Assembly: GCA_965601925.1 (NCBI GenBank)
Contig: OZ271854.1
Coordinates: 3,104,001-3,168,000, forward strand
DNA length: 64,000 nt
Direction: 5' to 3'
DNA from: Alkalispirochaeta sp.
GTDB taxonomy: Bacteria > Spirochaetota > Spirochaetia > DSM-27196 > Alkalispirochaetaceae
Part shown: piece after piece, positions 9,046-17,251 of the stretch
Layout: each line of letters opens with the position of its first letter
How positions within the stretch are numbered: position 1 is the first letter of the stretch
Position numbers and translations under genes: made by a program
The notes under the pieces: model-generated
Told to the model about the DNA's origin: nothing
Database searches by the model: none
The model's input: only the letters and a program-made list of their open reading frames with translations

Positions 9046-9471
9046 ATGATTAGAGAGATCTCGATACGAATCGAAAACGAGCCGGGACGCATTCATACTG
9101 TGGCGCGGTCTCTGGGCGAGGCGGGGATTAACATTGTCGCCTTAAGCGTGGCGGACGGCGAGACGACCGGCCTTTTACGGCTCGTCGTATCCGATGTGGT
9201 GCGCGCCCGCACCGCGTTGATGCAGTTGCAGCTGCCGGCCTCTATCGGCGAAGTTCTCGCCGTAGCGATTACCGACGCGCCGGGCGCCTTAGCCGGCGTC
9301 CTTGGGCCGTTGGAGAGCGCGCACCTCGACCTGCGATATCTCTACGCCTTTCGTCGTCCCGGCACGGAGATCGCCGTGGTGGTACTGCACACCGAGGACA
9401 ACGCGCGCGCCGCGACCCTGATGGAGAGTGCGGGATTCGAACTCTTGGACGAGGGGTCGCTCCATGGGTAG
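9046..9471 (+). CDS. Tandem ACT-domain protein
   Basis: IS+.+ENEPG.+..+...L.EAGINI.ALS first ACT and D.PG.LA.VL..L second ACT. Confidence 0.85.
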   Translation: MIREISIRIENEPGRIHTVARSLGEAGINIVALSVADGETTGLLRLVVSDVVRARTALMQLQLPASIGEVLAVAITDAPGALAGVLGPLESAHLDLRYLYAFRRPGTEIAVVVLHTEDNARAATLMESAGFELLDEGSLHG

Positions 9472-10411
9472 GGTCGCAGTCGTAGGAGCCGGACCGGTCG
9501 GAAGCGTCGTCGCCGCGGTGTTGGCGTCGGCGGGGCACCCGGTCGCGATTTGCGAGATATCCGACGAGGTGCGCGAATCCGTCCGCAGCGACGGCATCAC
9601 CCTGCGGGGTGCGCGCACACTCTCGGTGTCGCCCGACTCGTTCGGTGCGCTGCACAGCGGTGTCGAGGCGCTCGCCGACGATCCGCCGGAGATACTGTTT
9701 CTGTGCGTCAAGGCGACGGCGCTGCCGCTGATTTCATCGGCGATCGCCGATTTTGCACCTCCCGAAACGACGATCGTGAGCTGGCAGAACGGGATCGATA
9801 CCGAGCGGGTCCTCGCAGACACGTTCCCCGACGAACGTATCGTCCGTGCGGTCGTCAACTACGGTGTAAGCGGCGCTCCCGGCGGCGTGCGGGTCAGCTT
9901 CGAACATCCTCCGCACTATCTCCAGGAACTCTCTCCCGACGGCGCAGAGCGGGCGCGCACCGTCGCCGCCCTTCTCAGCACGGCGGGCCTCGAGACGCAT
10001 CGTGCCGAGAATCTGGTGAGTATGGTTTGGAAAAAGGCGATTCTCAACGCGTCACTCAACGCGCTGTGCGGTCTTACGGGCCTGAACATGGAGGAGGCGA
10101 CGCGGGACAGCTACGCCTGGGACCTCGCCGATAACATTCTAAAGGAGAGCATCGTCGTGGCGCGGGCCAACGAGATTTGGCTCGGCTCGGAGTTTTATCG
10201 GTGGGCGGCGCAGTATATGCATACCGCCGGAGCGCACAGGCCTTCGATGCTCTTGGACTTATCTGCGGGACGACGCACCGAGATCGATTTCATCAACGGC
10301 AAGATCGTCGAGTACGGCCGCCAAGCCGGCGTACCGACACCGTACAACGCGGCGATGGTCGCTCTGGTAAAAGCGCGGGAGAAGCAACTGGCCAAAGGTG
10401 TCGTCTCGTAA
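9464..10411 (+). CDS. panE: Ketopantoate reductase family protein (PanE/ApbA-like)
   Basis: GAGPVG Rossmann, CVKA, QNG, WKKAILN..LN, SML.D...GR.TEIDFING, PTPYN. Confidence 0.8.
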   Translation: MGRVAVVGAGPVGSVVAAVLASAGHPVAICEISDEVRESVRSDGITLRGARTLSVSPDSFGALHSGVEALADDPPEILFLCVKATALPLISSAIADFAPPETTIVSWQNGIDTERVLADTFPDERIVRAVVNYGVSGAPGGVRVSFEHPPHYLQELSPDGAERARTVAALLSTAGLETHRAENLVSMVWKKAILNASLNALCGLTGLNMEEATRDSYAWDLADNILKESIVVARANEIWLGSEFYRWAAQYMHTAGAHRPSMLLDLSAGRRTEIDFINGKIVEYGRQAGVPTPYNAAMVALVKAREKQLAKGVVS

Positions 10412-10451
10412 CGCACGGTCTGCGGCACAGCACGGTATCCCGACCAAACGT

Positions 10452-11726
10452 TCACCCCGAGACGCGGTTGCGCCCCTGTTCTTTTGCGCGATAGAGCTCC
10501 TCGTCGGCGATGCGCACTAAGCTATCCACGGTGTGGGAGAGCGCCCGCGGCCGAGCCTCGCGCACTGCGCCCAGACTGGCGATCCCGATACTGACGGTGA
10601 CGGCACGTCCCGAGAGAACGTCCGTGCGCTCTACGGCGAGTCGCACTCGCTCGGCCGTTGCCACGGCGCCCGCGCGATCGGTCTCGGGAAGGACGATAAC
10701 GAACTCCTCACCGCCCCACCTTCCGATCCGGTCGCTGGGTCGGAGATTCTCCTGTATTTGGGCGGCGATACCGCGCAGCGCCGCGTCCCCGGCGTCGTGA
10801 CCGTACTCGTCGTTGATCGTCTTGAAGTGGTCGACATCGGCCATCAACACCGACAGCGGATGGCTATGACGATGGGCGCGGGCGAGTTCGCGGTCGAGCT
10901 CCTCGGTAATTTTGCGCCGGTTCGGTACGCCCGTGAGCGTGTCGATCTCCGACAAATAGCGCAGATCCTCTTCGATCTTTTTGCGGTCGGTGATATCGCG
11001 CGACGACCCGACGAGTTGGACGATTTTGTCCCCCTTGCGAACCGGAGACAATTGGGTGTGCCAAATGCGCCGACCCATCGGCAGATCGAGCGTCTCTTCG
11101 TAACTGATCGGGAAACCGTTCTCGACGCACTCGCGATAGCGTCCGGAGATCGCCGCTCCCGCGTCCTCGCCGTAGATCTCCTCCGGCGTCTTCCCGCGCA
11201 CGCGGTCGGTGGTAAGGCCGGTCAGCCGTTCGTGCGTGGCCGAGAGCTTGCGCATGCGAAACGGACGCTCCCCGGAGGAGACATCGATGAGCATCATCGC
11301 GTCTTGGGTGTTGGAGAAGATGGCGTCGAACTCGATGATCGTCCGGTCGAGGGTGCGACGAATCTCCTTTTCCGCCGAGATGTCGTGCTGTATGCCGATA
11401 TAAGAGCTTATCGAGCCGTCCGGCTCGGTAACCGGCGCGATGATCTGAAACGCGCAGTAGAGCGAACCGTCGCGGCGGCGATTGACGATCTCCTCCTGCC
11501 ACCGCCGACCGCTACGAATCGACTCCCACATGTGCTGATAGTACTCCGCCGGCATCTCTCCCGAGCTAAGAATCGATATCGGTCGGTCCAATATCTCCTC
11601 ATTGGTGTACCCGGTCAGTGCAAGAAAGGCGGGGTTAGCGTACTGTATGCGGCCCTGTGCGTCGGTGATGTAGATACCGTGATGGGCCGCCTCGACCGCA
11701 CGTAGTAGTAGCTCTTGCTTTACCAT
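10452..11726 (-). CDS. PAS-PAS diguanylate cyclase
   Basis: Two PAS/PAC domains, DVDHFK.IND.YGH, RPSD I-site, GGEEF. Confidence 0.93.
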   Translation of the reverse strand: MVKQELLLRAVEAAHHGIYITDAQGRIQYANPAFLALTGYTNEEILDRPISILSSGEMPAEYYQHMWESIRSGRRWQEEIVNRRRDGSLYCAFQIIAPVTEPDGSISSYIGIQHDISAEKEIRRTLDRTIIEFDAIFSNTQDAMMLIDVSSGERPFRMRKLSATHERLTGLTTDRVRGKTPEEIYGEDAGAAISGRYRECVENGFPISYEETLDLPMGRRIWHTQLSPVRKGDKIVQLVGSSRDITDRKKIEEDLRYLSEIDTLTGVPNRRKITEELDRELARAHRHSHPLSVLMADVDHFKTINDEYGHDAGDAALRGIAAQIQENLRPSDRIGRWGGEEFVIVLPETDRAGAVATAERVRLAVERTDVLSGRAVTVSIGIASLGAVREARPRALSHTVDSLVRIADEELYRAKEQGRNRVSG

Positions 11727-11860
11727 TTTGATGTCAACGTCCCGTTGCGTTCCGTCTCGTTACGTGAAGACACCCGGGCGTCGGGGCTCCGCTGTGCCGT
11801 GAGAGGGCAGTATAGCAGAGATCGTCCACGGTATTGTAGACCCATCCGCCTCCTCCCGCA

Positions 11861-13975
11861 TCAATCGGGTGCGAGCCTGTAGAGTGCAAAGCTGCGTCCC
11901 TCTACGAATATCGTAGAGAGGCGTACACTGGACTTGCCGCTCGCTATCTCCAACACCCATCGCCCGGCCGGTTGCGGCGGCACGGTGAATCGGCGTCGAT
12001 GGGCCGCCGCGTGCAGGATAAGCAGGAAGGTGTCGTCGGTCTCCTGGCGGCCCTCATCACTCACGAAGCGACTCCCGGCCTCGCCGCTCAGCAGTATCTG
12101 AAGGCTCGAAAGGTTCGCTTGATTCCAGTCGTCGTCGCTCATGAGACGCCCCTCGGGAGAGAGCCACGTCACGTCGCGCACCGTCGTACCGGGAATTTCG
12201 CGACCGTGAAAAAACCGAGAGCGCCGAAAGACGATGTGGTTTCGGCGAATGTCGATCACCCGCCGTGTAAAGGCGAGTATGTCGCCCGCCTCAGCATCTA
12301 AATCGTCCCACGGAACCCAACTCAGCGGTCCGTCGTGACAATACGCGTTGTTGTTGCCGTCCTGGGTGCGACCCAACTCGTCCCCGGCGGTCATCATCGG
12401 CACGCCTTGGCTGAGAAACAGAGAACCGATGAAGTTTTGCATCTGGCGCAGTCTGAGTGCGCCGATCTTTTTGTTCGAGGTCGGCCCCTCCGCGCCGCAG
12501 TTCCAGCTATGGTTGTGGTCCGAACCGTCGAGATTCTCCTCGCCGTTGGCTTCGTTACGCTTATGGTTGTAGGTCACCAAGTCGCGCAGCGTAAAGCCGT
12601 CGTGGCAGGTGACGTAGTTAATGCCCGCCCACGGACGCCGACTGCGATGGAAGTAGATGTCGCTTGATCCGGACATGCGCGAGGCGAGTTCGCCCAACAC
12701 GCCGCCGTCGCCCTTCCAGAAGCGTCTCAGCGTGTCGCGGTACCGATCGTTCCACTCGCTCCATCCCGGCGGGAAGTTACCGACCTGATAGCCGCCGTTG
12801 CCCGTGTCCCACGGTTCGGCGATGAGCTTGACGCTCGAGAGAAGGGGATCTTGGGCCACTACTTCCAGAAAGGCGGCGTCACGGTCGTACGCTCCGTCCC
12901 TCCCCCGGGCGAGCGATACGGCGAGGTCGAATCGGAAGCCGTCCACCTTCATGACGTCGCTCCAGTAACGCAGAGAGTCGGCGACCATACGCATTACCTG
13001 GGGATGACCGAGATTCAGCGTATTGCCGGTGCCGGTATAGTCCATGTAGTAGCGCGGGTTCTCCTCGCTCAGGTGGTAATAACTGCGGTTGTCGATCCCG
13101 CGAAAAGAAAGGTGCGGACCCAGATGATTTCCCTCACCGGTATGGTTGTAGACCACATCGAGCAGCACTTCGAGTCCCGCGTCGTGCATCACCTGCACGT
13201 AGCTCTTGAAGTCCTGGAGGAGTCCGCGGTTGAGATACACCTCATCGGGCGCGAAAAATCCGATCGTGTTGTATCCCCAATAGTTCGTCAGACCTCGATC
13301 GACCAGATGGCGATCGCGGGCAAAGGTGTGGATCGGCAAAAGTTCGACGGCGGTGATGCCCAAATCGGTAAGGTAGGCCAGAATCTCCCGATTTGCGAGA
13401 GCGGCAAAGGTACCCTTCTCCTCCTCCGGTATCGCCGGGTGACGCATGGTAAATCCCCGGGCGTGCATCTCGTAGATGATCGTGCAGTCCCACGGCGTCT
13501 CCGGCTTGGGGCTGCGACCCCACGTAAAGGCGGTATCCACCACCTCGCACTTCGGCATGAACGGGGCGCTGTCTCGGGTGTCGAAGGTAAGATCGCCGGC
13601 GGCCGCTCCCATACGATAGGCGAATAGGGCGTCGTGCCAGTGAATCTGGCCGCGAATCGACCGTGCGTACGGATCCAACAGAAGCTTGTGATGGTTGAAC
13701 CGGTGCCCCTTCTCGGGTGCGTAGGGGCCGTACACGCGATACCCGTACCGGTGGCCGGGGCGCACGTCCGGAAGGTAAGCGTGCCAGATTTGGTGCGTGT
13801 ACTCGGGTAACGAAATGCGCGCCACCTCGCGGTTGCCGGTGTCGTCAAAGAGGCATAACTCCACCCGTTCCGCGTGGGCGGAGAAGAGCGCAAAGTTGGT
13901 GCCGCTCCCGTCCCACGTAGAACCTAACGGATAGGGTCGTCCGGGCCACACCCGGTAGGCGTTGTGATGCGGCAT
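11861..13975 (-). CDS. glgX: Glycogen debranching enzyme (GH13_11)
   Basis: G.PYPLG, NYWGYN, DVVYNH, DGFRFDLA, KLIAEPWD, HDGFTL.DLV.YN.K.NEANGE, TQ.GNNNAYC. Confidence 0.95.
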   Translation of the reverse strand: MPHHNAYRVWPGRPYPLGSTWDGSGTNFALFSAHAERVELCLFDDTGNREVARISLPEYTHQIWHAYLPDVRPGHRYGYRVYGPYAPEKGHRFNHHKLLLDPYARSIRGQIHWHDALFAYRMGAAAGDLTFDTRDSAPFMPKCEVVDTAFTWGRSPKPETPWDCTIIYEMHARGFTMRHPAIPEEEKGTFAALANREILAYLTDLGITAVELLPIHTFARDRHLVDRGLTNYWGYNTIGFFAPDEVYLNRGLLQDFKSYVQVMHDAGLEVLLDVVYNHTGEGNHLGPHLSFRGIDNRSYYHLSEENPRYYMDYTGTGNTLNLGHPQVMRMVADSLRYWSDVMKVDGFRFDLAVSLARGRDGAYDRDAAFLEVVAQDPLLSSVKLIAEPWDTGNGGYQVGNFPPGWSEWNDRYRDTLRRFWKGDGGVLGELASRMSGSSDIYFHRSRRPWAGINYVTCHDGFTLRDLVTYNHKRNEANGEENLDGSDHNHSWNCGAEGPTSNKKIGALRLRQMQNFIGSLFLSQGVPMMTAGDELGRTQDGNNNAYCHDGPLSWVPWDDLDAEAGDILAFTRRVIDIRRNHIVFRRSRFFHGREIPGTTVRDVTWLSPEGRLMSDDDWNQANLSSLQILLSGEAGSRFVSDEGRQETDDTFLLILHAAAHRRRFTVPPQPAGRWVLEIASGKSSVRLSTIFVEGRSFALYRLAPD

Positions 13976-14083
13976 CGTTAACAAGCCTACGGCACCTTGG
14001 GCACGATTACAACGGCGTTCGGTCGGTTGGAGAGTGAAAGCCGAATCTTGACATATTGCGCGGGAGTTACATACTTCCAATGC

Positions 14084-15376
14084 ATGGCACACATTTCTCC
14101 CAAGGTCGGTATCGTTCTCTGCCTTTTGGTGCTCGGCGCGGCCCCCTCGGTCGTCGCGCGGGGTGCCGCAGAGCGGGGTGAGACGACCGAGGAGGTCGTC
14201 GTAGTCCCGTCATGGGTACAGTCGATCATTGACGAGGATTACGGCGCACTCTATCCCGGTGACGATGGCGGCGGATACATCGGCATCGGAGTCGGCGCTA
14301 CGCGCGAGGAGGCACTCGCAGCCGCTGCAGTCGACTTCGCCGGAAATGTCTCGACGGTGGTGAACACGTCCGTACAGGAGCGCGGTAGGGCGATCGAGGG
14401 AGGAGAGGCGCAGTTCGACGTGATCGTCGAGTCGGAGGTTCGCAGTCAGGCGATCGTCTCCGGGCTGGAACCGAATGTCTGGGAGGATCCGCGCGCCCAG
14501 GTAGTGTACGCTCTCTATCGGACCACGGTTGACGAGTACGATCGACGGCTCGAACAGTGGATCACCACTATGGAGGCGATCTCCGAAGCGGAGCGACGAC
14601 GCGAGATTCAACGCGTCGAGAACGAGCGCGCAGCGGCCGAGCGGCGCCTTGAGGAGATCAAACTGGAGGAGCTTCAGGAACAGGTGCGACTCGCCGATCG
14701 GCAGATGCGCGCCAACCGGTACCGTGATTTTCTCTATCAGCCGCTACCGGTGAGGATGCGCGGCGTTCCGACCGGATACGTCCCGCGCCCGGGAAGCTCC
14801 GAGCTCTCCATAGCGTATCGGGCCGGTTTTGACGAGACGGGATTTGACGGAAGCTGGGATTTCGGGCTATGGGACGTCTTTCTCCTCGGAGTCTCGGGCG
14901 AAGCGGTCGATGTCGACGGCGGCGACTACCAAAGCTCGATCACCGGCAGAGCGATGGTACGTCTACTCGATCGCGTCGGTTGGGTCGTAAGTACGACCGT
15001 CTCGCTCGGCGCGTACGGCGGCATGGACTTCGACGAGTTCGAGGACTTCGAAGAACCCGAATCGGTGATCGGTCCCTTTGTCGTCGCCGACGTTCTCGTT
15101 CCGGAGTTTGCCCGCACACGATATAGCCTCTACGTCGGGACCGATGTGATCCACGGCCGCGCCGCCTGGTACCCTTTCTGGGATTCGATCGGCGACGCGG
15201 TAGCCGTCGGCGCACATGTTCGGAGTACCTTCGACAACGGACGGACGCTCGACCGGTGGGACGCGGCGGACTACTTCGGGCTGTCGCTCACCTTCCATCC
15301 CGTCGAGTCTTTTTGGATCACGCTGGAGAGTTATAACGTCTCGTACGTGCGAGGCACGGTCACAATCTCGTTCTGA
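14084..15376 (+). CDS. Exported hypothetical protein: LPP20-like N-domain, coiled coil, predicted outer-membrane beta-barrel
   Basis: Signal peptide, PSW...YIGIG....EA...A segment, E/R/Q-rich helical linker, amphipathic aromatic strands, terminal Phe. Confidence 0.55.
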   Translation: MAHISPKVGIVLCLLVLGAAPSVVARGAAERGETTEEVVVVPSWVQSIIDEDYGALYPGDDGGGYIGIGVGATREEALAAAAVDFAGNVSTVVNTSVQERGRAIEGGEAQFDVIVESEVRSQAIVSGLEPNVWEDPRAQVVYALYRTTVDEYDRRLEQWITTMEAISEAERRREIQRVENERAAAERRLEEIKLEELQEQVRLADRQMRANRYRDFLYQPLPVRMRGVPTGYVPRPGSSELSIAYRAGFDETGFDGSWDFGLWDVFLLGVSGEAVDVDGGDYQSSITGRAMVRLLDRVGWVVSTTVSLGAYGGMDFDEFEDFEEPESVIGPFVVADVLVPEFARTRYSLYVGTDVIHGRAAWYPFWDSIGDAVAVGAHVRSTFDNGRTLDRWDAADYFGLSLTFHPVESFWITLESYNVSYVRGTVTISF

Positions 15377-15425
15377 GGTCGTGTGACAAACCCGGTCGCC
15401 TGAGAGCACCGGCGACGCGACGAAA

Positions 15426-17108
15426 CTACACGAGGTCCAGCATCGGCAGCGATCGCTCCCGGTTAAGGAGTTGATTCAACTCCCCGCTCGGCATCGGCTT
15501 GGCGAAGTAGAATCCCTGGAGGTAGTCCACAGGCAGCGTCTCCACGAGGGAGAGCTGCTGCTTGGTGCTGATCCCTTCGACGACGACCTGCTTGCCCCGG
15601 GAGCGTACCGTATTAACGATCCCCTTCAGATACTCCTCGTCGGTCGGGCTCTCACCCAACTCGGAGACGAAGTCCTTATCGATTTTTACTACCGTGACCG
15701 GTAGGTGCTTGAGATAGCTCAACGACGACTGACCGGTGCCGAAGTCGTCGATCCAGATCTCTATGCCCATCGCCTGTATCTCATGCATCGCAGTGTTCGA
15801 GTAGCGCGAGTTTTCTACGGTACGGCTCTCGGTGAGTTCCAACTTGAGGCGCGAGGGATTGCTAAGTCCCGTATCCTCGATCGCCTGTGCCACCACCAAC
15901 GGGAGCGAGGCGTCGGACAGATTGATCGCGCTGACGTTGAGCGTGAGAAACATCTCGGGTAGGTCGTTCCAACGTACGAGTTGGCGGCACGCCTGATAGA
16001 GCGCCAGCTTATCGATCGGCGCAATGAGCCGACTATCCTCGGCGATCTCGATGAAGCTTTCGGGCCCCAAGAGCCCCATTTGCGGATGGTTCCAACGCAT
16101 GAGCGCCTCGGCGCCGGCGATCCTCCCGTCGGGTCGTACGATCGGTTGGTAGTACAGTTCCAGTTCATCGCGTTCGAAGGCGCGTTTGAGCGCCGTCTTG
16201 AGCGCCAACCTATCGCTCGCCTGACGATGAACGCTACGATCAAAGTAGAGGAAGGGCTCTTTGATACGCTCCGCCTCGATCACCGCGGAGTTCGCGCAGT
16301 TAAACAGGCCGTCTGCGTCGCGCGCGTCGTCGGGATACAGCGATATTCCGACGTGGCAGCCCGGGGCGAGGTCGAGATCGCGGAAGCGATACGGTACGGT
16401 TACCGCGCTATGGATCTTTTCCGCGACGACGAGCGCATCCAGGCGCGTCGCTAGTTCGGGGAGGAGCACAACCAGATTGGTGCCCTCCCACCGAAAGACG
16501 TAGTCGCTCTTGCGTACCGTCTCTCGTATACGGAGTCCGGTATTTTCCAACAGAAGATCGCCAACCTGGTGGCCGTACATCTGGTTGATCTGCTTGAAGT
16601 CGTGGAGCATCACGAACAAGAGTGCCAAAACCGGACCGGTGCGCCCCGCGCGATACAACTCACGTCGGATGACCAACGGCAGGGAGTGCCGGTTGAGCAG
16701 ACCCGTAACCGGATCTTGCTGCTCCATACCACCGAACGTGCGAAGCATGCCAAACTGCTCGGGGGTCTCCAAGAAGAGTACGACGTTCGTTACCTCGCCC
16801 CCGGAATCGGCCGGAGGAGCGGGAACAAACCGTAACTCGTACTCCCCGCGCGCCTCGACGCCGAGTAACAGACCGCCGTCCGCGCGCTGTTCGTTGCCGC
16901 GAATCGCGCGTTGAATCGCCTTGGTCAACTCGTCCGCTCCTTCTTCACCGACGATATCGGCAACGGATCTACCGACCAATCCGTCGACGGTCCGTTCCAG
17001 TTGGGTCGCCGCGGTCCGGCTTGCAAAGACGATGCGGTATGTGTGATCGACGATGATAACGAAGCCCGAACACTGTTCGAGAGCGAAGCGCAGAAGAGCG
17101 AGATCCAT
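15426..17108 (-). CDS. PAS-GGDEF(degenerate)-EAL c-di-GMP phosphodiesterase
   Basis: GGDEF replaced by WEGTN; EAL (AEALMRW), ELTES, DDFGTGQSSL and VVVEG intact. Confidence 0.88.
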   Translation of the reverse strand: MDLALLRFALEQCSGFVIIVDHTYRIVFASRTAATQLERTVDGLVGRSVADIVGEEGADELTKAIQRAIRGNEQRADGGLLLGVEARGEYELRFVPAPPADSGGEVTNVVLFLETPEQFGMLRTFGGMEQQDPVTGLLNRHSLPLVIRRELYRAGRTGPVLALLFVMLHDFKQINQMYGHQVGDLLLENTGLRIRETVRKSDYVFRWEGTNLVVLLPELATRLDALVVAEKIHSAVTVPYRFRDLDLAPGCHVGISLYPDDARDADGLFNCANSAVIEAERIKEPFLYFDRSVHRQASDRLALKTALKRAFERDELELYYQPIVRPDGRIAGAEALMRWNHPQMGLLGPESFIEIAEDSRLIAPIDKLALYQACRQLVRWNDLPEMFLTLNVSAINLSDASLPLVVAQAIEDTGLSNPSRLKLELTESRTVENSRYSNTAMHEIQAMGIEIWIDDFGTGQSSLSYLKHLPVTVVKIDKDFVSELGESPTDEEYLKGIVNTVRSRGKQVVVEGISTKQQLSLVETLPVDYLQGFYFAKPMPSGELNQLLNRERSLPMLDLV

Positions 17109-17216
17109 AATAAAAAGTATAGTGGCTATCGCGCAATCGTGACAGGGAACCTTTCCTATCGCTCGCACGTATCGGACCGACTGAAGGGGTGTGTGCCGTC
17201 GAGCGGCAATTCGATA

Positions 17217-17245
17217 TTGATTTGATAACTATACGCATGTATAGT
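17217..17245 (+). promoter_or_regulatory. Sigma70 promoter for the radical SAM gene (leaderless)
   Basis: TTGATT-N17-TATAGT, then 6 nt to GTG 17252. Confidence 0.65.
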
Positions 17246-17251
17246 TATTAC

